Positions 39,701-49,473 of a DNA stretch of 64,000 nt are shown in pieces; the stretch's first letter is position 1, and every line of letters starts with the position of its first letter. Source of the DNA: Candidatus Kapaibacterium sp. (GTDB taxonomy: Bacteria; Bacteroidota; Ignavibacteria; Kapaibacteriales; UBA2268); NCBI GenBank assembly GCA_963664875.1, contig OY761611.1, forward strand, positions 2,656,001 through 2,720,000, read 5' to 3'. The notes under the pieces were generated by a model. It did not search any database. It worked only from the letters and a program-made list of their open reading frames with translations, and was not told the DNA's origin. The position numbers were made by a program, and so were the translations under genes.

Positions 39701-42322
39701 ATCGAAAACAGTAAATATTCTTTATATCCTAAAGCTGATGATAACGTCTTAGTTGCTAATAACATTATCTGGCAATTAGAACCGCAACAGTCTTACACAA
39801 CTCGCGTTGGTGTTGCTGTATTTTCTCAGAGAGCTACAAAAGGTAACTTCCAAACTGCTTCTATCTTACCTTTCCAAAAAGATTATGTGGTAAGAAATAC
39901 TAAAGTAGTAAACAATACTATCTTAGTGAACGGTGACGATGGTGTTGTTAATACTGGTAGTGTTATCGGTTTGGCTTTGCAGGATAACAGAAATGCAGAA
40001 ATCAAAAACAACGCTATTGCAGCTATGGATAACGAATTTGCAGAAACTTGCTTAGCATCTACTGCAATGTTCTTACAAAATGGCGATGTTAAAAATCAGA
40101 ATATAGTTTCTGACAGAAACGTTTTCTGGACAAACAACTCTGCTTCTACTATCGCTAGAATGATCGAAACTAACGACAAAAACGAAGTAATCGAAATGGG
40201 TTACACTACTGAATATAACACTTTGAGCAACTGGATTGTTTGGTCTGCTCAGGATATGAACTCAGTAGAATCTAACTTCATGACTGATTATGAATTTACA
40301 GGAGCTGCTCCTCAGACATTAAGAGTGAAATCTAATCCGCTTCCTCTTAATTCAGTATTGAATAACAGAGGTGACAGAATTGAAAGTAACACTACTGACT
40401 TACTTGGCTACACTCGTGGTGAAGCAGGTCAGAGATACGATATCGGTGCTTTGGAATTTAACGGCAGAACTTATGTGAGCGATGTTGAAAGCACTATAAT
40501 TTTAGAACCGGCTGCTTTCAAAGCTAACGACGGTACAGAATTTGGTGATGCAGAATATATCATGACTTCTTTACCTCTTTCAGTAAAAGTTAGAGTAAGA
40601 AATAATGGTTCTTTGATGCAACAAAATACTAATGCAAAACTTTCAATCTACCGCGAATTGCCTACAGGCGAATTTGCTGCAACTCCTGAGTATATCGAAA
40701 CTGTGAAATTTGACGCAGTTGCTAATGAAAGCTCAGACGTAGTATTTGACTTGGCAGGTAAATTCGAACCAAAAACTTACAGCGATTTGAGACTTAATGC
40801 TGCATACGCTGCTTCAGTTCCGGCAAAATTTGCTCAAATGACAGCTAACGTTACTCCTCGATACAAAATTGAAATTGCAGTTGAAAATGACGAAGATAAC
40901 TACAACAACGTAATTACTAAAAATGTACGTTACTTCATCCGCAAATCTTGGTTGAGATTGCTTGTTACTTCTGAAAATGTAAATGCTGATTTGACTAACA
41001 GCCCATCTCAGGAAGTAATTGCTTCTACATTGAACCACAACAAACTTATTGATGGTCTTAGCCATGTAGGTTGGGTAGTAGAAATGGATCAAAACGCAAC
41101 TTCAATCGAAAACGATAAATTCGACTACGATGTACTTGACAGAAATTGTTGGGAACCAAGAGCAATTGACTATACAAACTACAATACTGTTATCTGGTCA
41201 GATGCTCACGATACTAAAACTGTAGCTGGCGAAGAAGTTGCTAATGCTCTTACAAGATTCCAAGAAATGGACTTGTCTGATTACACTGCTGCCGGTACTA
41301 TTAGCGTTAAGAAAAATCTTATCTTCGCTTCTCAGGAATTATTGAGAAATCAGACAACTGATTTTGCAGCTAAAGTATTTGGTGCATTCAACAGACCTGT
41401 TGCAACTCCTGACGTAATTGATTATACTAACGTAACAGGCATGAATATCGGTCGTAACTTAGTTCACTTTATTAGTGCTACTAATTTCAACGGCGATGCT
41501 GATCCTCAACCTGCGTTGATGAATATGAATCAAAACATCGATGGTATTGCAAAACTTGGATTCTACTATACAAATGTACTTGCAGGAAACCCTGCTGTTA
41601 CTGAAACAGAAAAAATCCATACAATCGGAACAGTTTCTCCGACTGCAAACAGAATACTTTTGGGTAGCGACTGGAGACATTTTGTAGATATCGAAAAAGT
41701 ACTTCGTTCATTGTTCGATTTCGCAGAAGCTAATGGTGGTACAATCATCCCTGTAGAATTGGTTAACTTTGATGCAAAAGTTGTAAATGACAGAGTTGTA
41801 TTGAACTGGGCTACTGCAAGCGAATTGAACAGCGATAGATTTGAAATCGAAAGAACAACTGCTAATAATGGCTTTGATGGCTTGTTCGAAAGAATTGAAT
41901 CAGTTGAAGCTGCAGGCAAATCAGGTAATGTTATCGACTATAATGCAATTGACGAAAATGTAACATTCGGTAATACATACGCATACAGATTGAAAATGGT
42001 TGACCGCGATGGCAAATTTGAATACAGCCAAACAGAATATGTAACTTTGGAAGGTGCAAACTCTCTTGCTATCAAAGAAGTTACTCCAAATCCTGTTGCA
42101 GTTGATGCAAACGTGGAAATCTCATTGTTCGAATCCGCAAATGTAGAAATGTATTTAGTTGATATGAGCGGAAAAGTAGTTACTAATGTATATTCAGGCA
42201 ATTTGAGTGCGGGCACTCACAGCATCAAACTTGATGTAGCAAATATTGCTTCAGGTAACTACACATTAGTGCTAAATTCTAATAGTATTGTCAGAACTAC
42301 AGTAGTAAAAGTAGTAAAATAA
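36713..42322 (+). CDS. giant secreted multidomain protein (Ig/CARDB-like repeats, parallel beta-helix) with T9SS sorting domain; paralogue 1
   Basis: Signal peptide; NNVIANNEISG/NKIHNVG/NRIYD beta-helix repeats; IPVELVNFDAK..LNWATASE domain; TPNP...GNYTLVL...KVVK CTD. Confidence 0.85.
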   Translation: MKKINVFSALFVLLVVLLSSPKAMAVDLNDLQLSDYQGEYTPIAGTILGDGDDSEFDFDLPFTVSHDGQEFTKARVSTNGWMVLGVSTYTGITATPGGTNANFLVPCNEDLRADAGIGDIRWNVVGTAPSRTLIVEWKDHKYYGKDLSTLNYQCQISEGSNIIRFVYGNMTALDDGGTNQSFSYISGSVGTKYINIEPLATGFVGHYGNSTEKYLTEDDRPLFPAGKTVEFSLVNPVLISESTENDVLWKIGETYPAPSIEVLRLADMPSFVIEYTLKNTKTGEVIYKATNEGDASTNTFTPNPQPVGMKETLTITHAIGKAAAYDRENPNSDLNDGSFDLITDAASIEPGRYELVCKLIIPNSEVAVQSITKNVQIALENDLAVSDVKYPKKNGRYLINNFVPLQVRMRNFGTAQISNFRVTAKIYDADNNQLVYGPEYFNWQNTARPLNTGDFVSVDFPNFRTQKPLVHVGRYFVEYTSELLSSDDDMPTNNTVGTSSTNRHYFDVVYDVEPGAVSVQAPAADVFVGRPLFPRAKFINNGIVDLSNVPAIFTIVGPLPSTNVVYQNEMNVQDLQAGNYNVTSVPFNTEFIPELPGTYKCVVSINDPNDKDNTNNTIESTFNVVSLMSGNYTIGKTATGTRNFTSIEEALNMLYLKGVDGPVTFELLDPEYTIGNVNSDAPALDMSSKIIGVSETNTITFKPSDALATTKASIQFNLKSGNGIGIYIAQNYTPANGNAAVHVVTEKNKYRFANTEGNFIFDGGAQKSFKFNLETKDNRFAAVFYLGAGASNCQIKNCIIEDETPNFKSSLPLTVYNAGAGAFTQEADQRSNTAYYTAGVVLRSVAPRYDKTNSNYFNLDTLTADNNVIANNEISGYGYGIASMGTGLLFQAGGSNKFTKYYNSNNIFESNKIHNVGHAGIFVGFENASEIRYNRIYDVKGTEVFAACGIVAGGEADRDMFGYNTVDIKILGNEISHLTNANEIYGIKVDQSPSIVIENSKYSLYPKADDNVLVANNIIWQLEPQQSYTTRVGVAVFSQRATKGNFQTASILPFQKDYVVRNTKVVNNTILVNGDDGVVNTGSVIGLALQDNRNAEIKNNAIAAMDNEFAETCLASTAMFLQNGDVKNQNIVSDRNVFWTNNSASTIARMIETNDKNEVIEMGYTTEYNTLSNWIVWSAQDMNSVESNFMTDYEFTGAAPQTLRVKSNPLPLNSVLNNRGDRIESNTTDLLGYTRGEAGQRYDIGALEFNGRTYVSDVESTIILEPAAFKANDGTEFGDAEYIMTSLPLSVKVRVRNNGSLMQQNTNAKLSIYRELPTGEFAATPEYIETVKFDAVANESSDVVFDLAGKFEPKTYSDLRLNAAYAASVPAKFAQMTANVTPRYKIEIAVENDEDNYNNVITKNVRYFIRKSWLRLLVTSENVNADLTNSPSQEVIASTLNHNKLIDGLSHVGWVVEMDQNATSIENDKFDYDVLDRNCWEPRAIDYTNYNTVIWSDAHDTKTVAGEEVANALTRFQEMDLSDYTAAGTISVKKNLIFASQELLRNQTTDFAAKVFGAFNRPVATPDVIDYTNVTGMNIGRNLVHFISATNFNGDADPQPALMNMNQNIDGIAKLGFYYTNVLAGNPAVTETEKIHTIGTVSPTANRILLGSDWRHFVDIEKVLRSLFDFAEANGGTIIPVELVNFDAKVVNDRVVLNWATASELNSDRFEIERTTANNGFDGLFERIESVEAAGKSGNVIDYNAIDENVTFGNTYAYRLKMVDRDGKFEYSQTEYVTLEGANSLAIKEVTPNPVAVDANVEISLFESANVEMYLVDMSGKVVTNVYSGNLSAGTHSIKLDVANIASGNYTLVLNSNSIVRTTVVKVVK

Positions 42323-42341
42323 TATTACTCCATAGCAACAT

Positions 42342-42385
42342 TAAGCCCTTTTGCTTATTCATAAAGCAAAAGGGCTTATTTTTTT
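42342..42385 (+). terminator. intrinsic terminator after paralogue 1
   Basis: taagcccttttgctt / aagcaaaagggctta followed by T7. Confidence 0.85.
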
Positions 42386-42529
42386 CATCGAATTCATTCG
42401 ATATAATTCTTGCCTACCTTGCATTCGGAAAGAAAAAAAATAAAGTTTTCTGCATTTCTCTAAACTACTGTTAATACAGGAAGATAACAATATTATCTCG
42501 AAACATTAATAAAATATTTTATCATTAGC

Positions 42530-42557
42530 TGTAACATTGATAGAAAACATTTGTTAT
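42530..42557 (+). promoter_or_regulatory. putative ECF sigma promoter TGTAAC-N16-TGTTAT
   Basis: tgtaacattgatagaaaacatttgttat; both boxes identical to those upstream of the ECF sigma gene. Confidence 0.65.
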
Positions 42558-42732
42558 CATTTTAGTAGATTGTATGAAGTAAATTATACTCCTTTTATAG
42601 TCATCAAAAACGCAACAAACTATCCCAGATAAAAGGAATATAATTATACGTATTAAAACAAATAAAATACTTCAATAAATAACATAGAATTTCAGATAAA
42701 ATACAATTTGTTTTACTAAATAAGGTGATACA

Positions 42733-45700
42733 GTGAAAAAACGTTTAATGCAGTTTTTCGCTCTCGCAACGTTACTAATAGTTGCGTCCATACAAGCATG
42801 GGCTGCTCCAGTGGCCAGAACTTGTACTGCAAGTTCAAGCTCTGGTCCGGATTCCTTCCATGAGTTAACAATTAATGGATTAGAGTTGATCACTAATCAT
42901 TTTGCAGCACCTGGTGGTTATGTAGATTATACAAATCAAGCAATAACAGTTAGTGCTGGCGATGTTATGGATTTTTATGCGTACGGTCTTGAGTGGTACA
43001 GTGCAGGAAGTCCTTTGGGGCTATATTCTTGCCGTGTGTCAGTACTTGTAGATTTCAATTCAGATGGAGACTTCGAAGATGAAGGAGAACTTATTTGGAT
43101 TTCTACAGTAGGTGCTAACGAACATGAAGCACAAATTACTATTCCTGAAGAAGTAGATGGTGGCGAATATAGAATGTGTATTGTTGGAACAGAATCAACT
43201 TGGGGCGATCCAACTGTTCTTTCAAGTACAGGTTGTGGTAGTGATGCTTATGCAATGATTGTTGATGTTACCCTTATCGTTAAGCCTAAGACACCTACAC
43301 TTGTTGACATTTTCCCAACAACACCCGAAGATGGCGTAGCCGTATTTTCACGTGGCTACAAAATGGGACAACCATGGGTTGACGTAAAACGCGTAGATGG
43401 CATGCCAAACATATCTTATAAATACAAAGTAATTGGTCCTTTGCCATTAGAAACAGTAGTTTATGAAGCAAAAGTAGAAGGCAATGTAGCATCTAACTTA
43501 ATCACACCAAACCCACAGCCATTAGGCGAAGTTGCAAGAATGACAGTAACTCATGCAACAGGTTTGGCAGCAGAATATGATGCAAACAACCCTGACAACG
43601 TAGGTGGCACAGCAAATCCTGACAACACAGGTGTGTTTGATTTACAGACAAATCAGTTGCAAATCGAAGGCGGTTCATACCGTGCAATAGCTGAGCTAAG
43701 CTTCACCTTTGAAGGTCAGCCTATGACACTTACAAAATATAAAGATTTTGTAATCGCAATCGACAATGATATTGCAATTACATCAGTAAGAAAACCAATC
43801 AAAATGCCAAAAATGAAATATGGCAAAAACGTTCCTGTTCCAATCACAGCAACAGTAACAAACGTAGGTCTTTATGATGTAAGTGAATTTGAAATCACAG
43901 CAAAAGTATATCCTGAAAACGGAACAAATCCTGTATTCGAAACATCAGAACGCTGGAAAAATACATCAGCACCACTATCAACAGGCGATTTGACAGTAAT
44001 GGAATTAGATCCATACAGAGCCAAAGACGGTGTTGGTAATTTCCGCATCGAATTTGAAGTGGAATTGATAAGTGCATTTGACGAAGCACCTGCAAACAAC
44101 GTATATCCAAAAGTTGGCCAGGCTGCACACGTATTTGAAGTAGCATACCAACGCGATGCACAGCCAATAGCAGTAATCGCACCTGTAGGCTCAAATAACT
44201 ATGTAGGTCGTCCGATAATCCCAAGAATCGAATTAAAAAACAACGGTATTCTTGACTTATCTAACGTACCGACAAAATTGCAAATCAAAGCACCAAACGG
44301 CGCAGTAGTTTATGATGAAGACTTCGAAGTAGAAGTAGTACCATCAGGCTTATACAACACAATGAAAGAATACTTGCCTGTAGAATTTATCCCTGCAATG
44401 GCAGGCACATATACAGCCAAAGTATATACATCACTAACAACAGATGACAATAAAGCTAATGACATGTATGAAACAACATTCACAGTTATTAACTCCTTGT
44501 CAGGTACATACACAATCGGTACAACAAACTCATCAAGCACACGTAACTTTGCTACAATCCAAGATGCATTGGATATGATATATGAATCAGGTGTTTACGG
44601 TCCTGTAACATTTGAATTGACAGATGCATCATACACAGTAGGTAGCAAAATTGGCCAAAATCCTGCAATGGACTTGTCATCACACATCATCGGCGGCGGC
44701 GAAGATCACCCAATCGTGTTCAAACCATCACAAAGCCGTGCAGTGAGCAAAGGCTCAATTACAATTAACATGAAAAGCGGTAACGGTATTGGTGTGTTCA
44801 TTGCCCAGGCAGCAGAGCACAGCAATGCAGCAGCAGCAATTAATGTAGTAAGAGCAACATTGAAACGTGACTATGCAAATTCACCGGGTTACATCACATT
44901 TGATGGTGGCAGCCAGAAATCAATCAAATTCACGTTAGACACAGACGAACCATTCAAAGCAGTGTTCTATTTGGGTAACGGTGCATCAAACAATACAATC
45001 AAAAATTGTATAATCGAAGGTACAGATGCAGGCAGCTTTAAATGCTCATTGCCATTGACAGTATATTCAGCAGCACAGGGCGGCTTCAAATACGAAGCAG
45101 ACAAACGCTCAAATACATTGGCTTACACAGCCGGTATCGTGATGCGCAGTAAAGCACCGATTAACGAAAAATTCAATGCAAACACAGACGGTCTTGATAC
45201 CCTTGTAAATGCAAACAACGTAATCATGAACAACGAAATCAGCGGATTCGCTTATGGTGTTGCTTCTATGGGTATCGGTCAGTTGCTCGTACAAGGTTTA
45301 GGCCATAACGTAGAGCATTTCAACGAAAACAACGTAATCAGCAACAACGTAATTCATAATGTAGGCCGCGCAGGCGTTTTTGTAGGTCATGAAAAACACA
45401 CAGAAATCAGCGGTAACAGAATATATGACATCGAAGGCGGTTGCACAGGTCTTGACGCAGCAGGTATCATGGCAGGCGGTCAGTCAGCACGTGGCTATTT
45501 CGGCTACAACAACCGTATGGTAAACATATTGAACAACGAAATCAGCAGCATCAGCGGTACAGGCATGGTAAGTGGTATTCGCGTAGAGCAATCACCACAA
45601 CAGCTAATCGAAGGTAGCTTGCTTACAACATTCCCGGTAAATCCTGAATCAATGGTAATCGCAGGTAACATCGTATGGGAATTGTTGCCAAACGACGCAA

Positions 45701-48189
45701 ATACAGCAAGAGCAGGTATTTACGTATTCACACAACGCAACAGTTTTGACTCACCATTGCAGTCAGATTACTTCTCAAGAAATGACGCAATCGTAAATAA
45801 TACAATCATAGTAAACGGCGATGACGGCGTAATGAACACACGTGCAGTAATGGGCGTAGGTCTTCAAAACGTAATGGGTACAGTACTCAAAAACAACGCA
45901 ATCGCAACAATGGATAACGACTATGCAGCAACTTGCCCTGTATCAGCATGCGTGTTCTACCAAGGACCTTCAATGGAAGAGGCAGGCGTAATTTCTGACC
46001 GCAACGTATATTGGACAGAAAACTCAGCATCATCAGTTTACCGTTGGATCGAAACAGATGCAGCCGGCAACAAATTGTCAGATGCAGCAATCAATGAATA
46101 CAAAACATTGGCACAATGGCAAGCATGGGCAGGAGCAGACAAATACTCAGTATATTCAAAATTCATGACAGATTACGCATTTGTAGGAACAAATCCACAG
46201 AACTTACGCGTTAAATCAAACCCAATGCCATTGAACTCAGTACTAAATAACCGTGGCGATATCCTAGATGTAACAACAAGCGACATCACAGGCAAAGTAC
46301 GCGGCGAAGCAGGTCAGAGATACGACATCGGTGCGTTAGAATTTAACGGACGCGTATATGTAAGCGATATGGAATCAACTACAATCACAGCACCTGCATC
46401 ATACCGTGCAACAGAAGGTATCTTTGCAGATGCAGAACACATCATGACAGAAGCCCCTGTAGAAGTAAGTGCACGTTTGAGAAACAACGGTAGCTTATTC
46501 CAAACAGGCGCAGAAGTAACAGTAAAAATCTATCGTGAATTGCCAAACGGTACATTCGGTGCAGCACCTGACTACGAACAAACAGTAAAAGTAGATGCAA
46601 CAACCTACGAATACGTTGATGTAAACTTCAACCTTGCCGATGGCAAAGGCTTAGAATTTGTACCAGAAACGTATGCAGACTTGCGTTTGAACCCAAGCTA
46701 TGCAGCATCAGTACCTGAAGTATATTCAGAAATGACAGCAAACGTAACACCACGCTACAAAATAATGATAGTAACAGAAAGCGATGAAGACAACACAAAC
46801 AACGAAGCATCAAAAATCGTAAGATTCTTCATTCGCCGCTCATGGATGAACATGTTGGTAAGCAGCCAGTATGTAAATGCAGACTTGAGCAACACACCAA
46901 GCCTAACAGAAATCGCAGGTAAATTGAACCACGACCGCGTAGTAAACGGTTTGAGCTTTGTAGGCTGGAAAGTAGCAATCAATCCGACAGCAACAACAAT
47001 CGCCAACGACACAATCGACTATGACGTATTAGACAGAAACAACTGGGAAGCAAGAGCCATAGATTATGGTCACTACCGCACAGTAGTATGGTCAGACGCA
47101 CACGATGTGATGGGCGATGCAGATGTAAAATTATCACGTTACGAACAATTAGACATAGAAAACTACTTTGCAAACGGAACTTCAATCGATAAGAAAAACT
47201 TGATTTTAGCATCACAGGAAATGATCAGAAACAACGGCGTAGTAGCACGCGATTTATTCAGAGCTACAGACCGCGTAAAAGCAAATCCTGAAGTAATCGA
47301 CTACACAGAAGTAACCGGCAGCAGCGTAGGCAGAAACCTAACAAACATAATAGCACCAACAAACTTCGTAGGCGACGCAGCACCAAACCCAGCATTAGTT
47401 GACATGTGGGACGGCGGCGAAGGTAGAGTTAAGTTGGCATACTACTACACAAATGAACTAAACGGCACAAGCACATTGTTACCGGAAGAAAAAATCATGG
47501 GTGTAGCCACAACAACAATCGGAACAAATATATGCTACTTAGGAGCAGACTGGCGCCACATAGCAGACATCGAAAAAATGCTAAGAAGCGTATTTGACTT
47601 CGCAGAAGCAAACGGCGGCATCATAATTCCAATCGAATTGGCAACATTTGATGCAAAAGCAGTAGGCAACCGAGTAGATTTGAACTGGTCAACTTTATCA
47701 GAAATCGAAAGTGACCGCTTCGAAGTAGAAAGAACAGAAATTACAGACGGCTATGCAGACCTATTCAGCAAAGTATCAGAAGTAAGCGCAAGCGGCACAA
47801 GCCACTCAGTACGCAACTACAACACAGCAGATTACGGCGTAGAATTAGGCAAAAAATATGCATACAGACTAAAAATGATAGAACGCAGCGGAAAATTCGA
47901 ATACAGCGAAATCGAAGAAGTGGAACTAAGCGCACCAAACAACTTGATGGTAGGCGAAGTAACACCAAATCCTGTAAGTGCACAGTCTAAAGTAAAAGTA
48001 AGCGGCGCAAGCACAGCAAACATTTACTTAAGCGACATGAGCGGACGCAAAGTAGTAGAATACGCAAAGGGCAACTTTGACGGCAGCGAAGTAACAATCG
48101 ACGCATCAAACTTGACAAGCGGCAGCTACACATTAGTAATCGAATTAGACGGCTACGTAATCACACGTAAAGTAAATGTAGTGAAATAA
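42733..48189 (+). CDS. giant secreted multidomain T9SS protein with N-terminal GEVED-like domain; paralogue 2
   Basis: GYVDYT...VDFNSDGDFEDEGE...ITIP...YRM GEVED-like segment; body collinear with 36713..42322 (e.g. RGEAGQRYDIGALEFNGR identical); T9SS CTD; GTG start. Confidence 0.85.
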   Translation: MKKRLMQFFALATLLIVASIQAWAAPVARTCTASSSSGPDSFHELTINGLELITNHFAAPGGYVDYTNQAITVSAGDVMDFYAYGLEWYSAGSPLGLYSCRVSVLVDFNSDGDFEDEGELIWISTVGANEHEAQITIPEEVDGGEYRMCIVGTESTWGDPTVLSSTGCGSDAYAMIVDVTLIVKPKTPTLVDIFPTTPEDGVAVFSRGYKMGQPWVDVKRVDGMPNISYKYKVIGPLPLETVVYEAKVEGNVASNLITPNPQPLGEVARMTVTHATGLAAEYDANNPDNVGGTANPDNTGVFDLQTNQLQIEGGSYRAIAELSFTFEGQPMTLTKYKDFVIAIDNDIAITSVRKPIKMPKMKYGKNVPVPITATVTNVGLYDVSEFEITAKVYPENGTNPVFETSERWKNTSAPLSTGDLTVMELDPYRAKDGVGNFRIEFEVELISAFDEAPANNVYPKVGQAAHVFEVAYQRDAQPIAVIAPVGSNNYVGRPIIPRIELKNNGILDLSNVPTKLQIKAPNGAVVYDEDFEVEVVPSGLYNTMKEYLPVEFIPAMAGTYTAKVYTSLTTDDNKANDMYETTFTVINSLSGTYTIGTTNSSSTRNFATIQDALDMIYESGVYGPVTFELTDASYTVGSKIGQNPAMDLSSHIIGGGEDHPIVFKPSQSRAVSKGSITINMKSGNGIGVFIAQAAEHSNAAAAINVVRATLKRDYANSPGYITFDGGSQKSIKFTLDTDEPFKAVFYLGNGASNNTIKNCIIEGTDAGSFKCSLPLTVYSAAQGGFKYEADKRSNTLAYTAGIVMRSKAPINEKFNANTDGLDTLVNANNVIMNNEISGFAYGVASMGIGQLLVQGLGHNVEHFNENNVISNNVIHNVGRAGVFVGHEKHTEISGNRIYDIEGGCTGLDAAGIMAGGQSARGYFGYNNRMVNILNNEISSISGTGMVSGIRVEQSPQQLIEGSLLTTFPVNPESMVIAGNIVWELLPNDANTARAGIYVFTQRNSFDSPLQSDYFSRNDAIVNNTIIVNGDDGVMNTRAVMGVGLQNVMGTVLKNNAIATMDNDYAATCPVSACVFYQGPSMEEAGVISDRNVYWTENSASSVYRWIETDAAGNKLSDAAINEYKTLAQWQAWAGADKYSVYSKFMTDYAFVGTNPQNLRVKSNPMPLNSVLNNRGDILDVTTSDITGKVRGEAGQRYDIGALEFNGRVYVSDMESTTITAPASYRATEGIFADAEHIMTEAPVEVSARLRNNGSLFQTGAEVTVKIYRELPNGTFGAAPDYEQTVKVDATTYEYVDVNFNLADGKGLEFVPETYADLRLNPSYAASVPEVYSEMTANVTPRYKIMIVTESDEDNTNNEASKIVRFFIRRSWMNMLVSSQYVNADLSNTPSLTEIAGKLNHDRVVNGLSFVGWKVAINPTATTIANDTIDYDVLDRNNWEARAIDYGHYRTVVWSDAHDVMGDADVKLSRYEQLDIENYFANGTSIDKKNLILASQEMIRNNGVVARDLFRATDRVKANPEVIDYTEVTGSSVGRNLTNIIAPTNFVGDAAPNPALVDMWDGGEGRVKLAYYYTNELNGTSTLLPEEKIMGVATTTIGTNICYLGADWRHIADIEKMLRSVFDFAEANGGIIIPIELATFDAKAVGNRVDLNWSTLSEIESDRFEVERTEITDGYADLFSKVSEVSASGTSHSVRNYNTADYGVELGKKYAYRLKMIERSGKFEYSEIEEVELSAPNNLMVGEVTPNPVSAQSKVKVSGASTANIYLSDMSGRKVVEYAKGNFDGSEVTIDASNLTSGSYTLVIELDGYVITRKVNVVK

Positions 48190-48236
48190 TCCAAAAAACA
48201 CCGCATTTGCCAAACGAAGCAAACGCTAACTCACCA

Positions 48237-48279
48237 AAGCCGGCACTTTACCTCAAAAATAAAGTGCCGGCTTTTTTTT
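48237..48279 (+). terminator. intrinsic terminator after paralogue 2
   Basis: aaagccggcacttta / taaagtgccggcttt with a T8 tail. Confidence 0.88.
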
Positions 48280-48456
48280 GTGCCAGGGTGTGTTGGGATT
48301 AGAAAGAGAGGGGTGAGAATTTTTGTAATCCGAAGAGTACATGACAGTGTACTATATGAGAAATAATCTCACAAGAAGACAAGTGAAAAAATAGTGTAAG
48401 CTAATAATAAATAAGGGAATTATAGATATTAGAAGTAATAGAGAAAAAAGGAGGAG

Positions 48457-48530
48457 TGATCCCGGCAGGATTCGAACCTGCGGCACCAAGTTTAGGAAAC
48501 TTGTGCTCTATCCTACTGAGCTACGGGACC
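48457..48530 (-). tRNA. tRNA-Arg(CCT)
   Basis: GGTCCCGTAGCTCAGTAGGATAGAGCACAAGTTTCCTAAACTTGGTGCCGCAGGTTCGAATCCTGCCGGGATCA; anticodon loop TTCCTAA; CCA not encoded. Confidence 0.96.
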
Positions 48531-48988
48531 TAATTGATTGTTTCGTTGCCGTCTAACATAAAACGGGAACCAAATTTTGATCTGGTATCCGGATTGCGTA
48601 AGTAGTTAGCTACATACTGACGAATAGCACCTTTGTCAATGCCATTGGTCCCGGAAACCATAGCTTTTTCTATCATTGTTTCGATTTGTTCGTTGTCTAT
48701 CAATCCGAGCATTTGATACTGAATCATTTCACCCCATGCATCGCGTGTAAACAAGTCCTCTTCAGCACCTTGGATAACACGAAACGAAACATTAGAAGGA
48801 AATAAGTCCCCTTTAAATAGCTCGTCTGAAAATTCAACTCTATCCACTATCCAGCTGAATGCAGCTGAAATTTCCGAATTAGAATAGCCCAATTGTTTGA
48901 GTTTTGACAAATCAATCTCAGACATATCGTTCTTTTCTCTCAATTCGGAGAGCAAATATACTATTATTTCGATTATGCGTTCAAACAT
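48530..48988 (-). CDS. DUF494 (Smg-like) family protein
   Basis: MFERIIEIIVYL, LKQLGYSNSEISAAFSW, SFRV, LGLID.EQIE. Confidence 0.8.
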   Translation of the reverse strand: MFERIIEIIVYLLSELREKNDMSEIDLSKLKQLGYSNSEISAAFSWIVDRVEFSDELFKGDLFPSNVSFRVIQGAEEDLFTRDAWGEMIQYQMLGLIDNEQIETMIEKAMVSGTNGIDKGAIRQYVANYLRNPDTRSKFGSRFMLDGNETIN

Positions 48989-49000
48989 ATTTTTCCACAA

Positions 49001-49414
49001 CTATTTAGTGATATATTTATTTTCTAAAGAGTGCATATATTCTCTCTGCTCAGGGGTTTCATCGTCGTATCCACAAAGATGAAGGGCACCATGAGCCGCT
49101 AGTCGCATCAATTCATTTGTAAGAGAAACTTTATAATCTTTAGACTGAACCTCTGCAGTATCCACGCTAATATATATTTCTCCGGCGAGGAAATTTTCCT
49201 CATCAAGATTGAAAGTAATAACATCAGTTGGGTAGTCATGCTGCAAAAATTCGATATTCATTTGATGTATGGCAGCGTCATCTAAAATAATTATATTCAA
49301 CTCAACATCGTGCCGTCCCTCACCTGCAAAAACGTTAGAAGCTGCTTCCTTCATTTTCTTTAAAGGTAAAAATTTACGTTCAGTGTGATTGAATACTTCT
49401 ATTTCTATTGCCAT
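49001..49414 (-). CDS. ybeY: rRNA maturation endoribonuclease YbeY
   Basis: HDYPTDVITF, GEIYIS, HGALHLCGYDD. Confidence 0.94.
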   Translation of the reverse strand: MAIEIEVFNHTERKFLPLKKMKEAASNVFAGEGRHDVELNIIILDDAAIHQMNIEFLQHDYPTDVITFNLDEENFLAGEIYISVDTAEVQSKDYKVSLTNELMRLAAHGALHLCGYDDETPEQREYMHSLENKYITK

Positions 49415-49473
49415 GTATCAAAGCACTTACATAGTGGACGAGCAAATTGTTTTTATATTCTTATCTAAGCATA

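Noticed and set aside
43295-48023. Many antisense ORFs inside giant paralogue 2
   Set aside because: Shadow ORFs of a long, strongly codon-biased sense gene; low-complexity Leu/Ser/Phe-rich translations with no motifs.
36713-48189. Diversity-generating retroelement (AAC-rich paralogue as template repeat)
   Set aside because: No reverse transcriptase in the window, and the paralogues differ at all base types over kilobases rather than only at adenines in a short TR/VR pair.
36289-48530. Genomic island integrated at tRNA-Arg carrying the two giant genes
   Set aside because: No integrase and no duplicated tRNA 3' end seen at the ruvB side.
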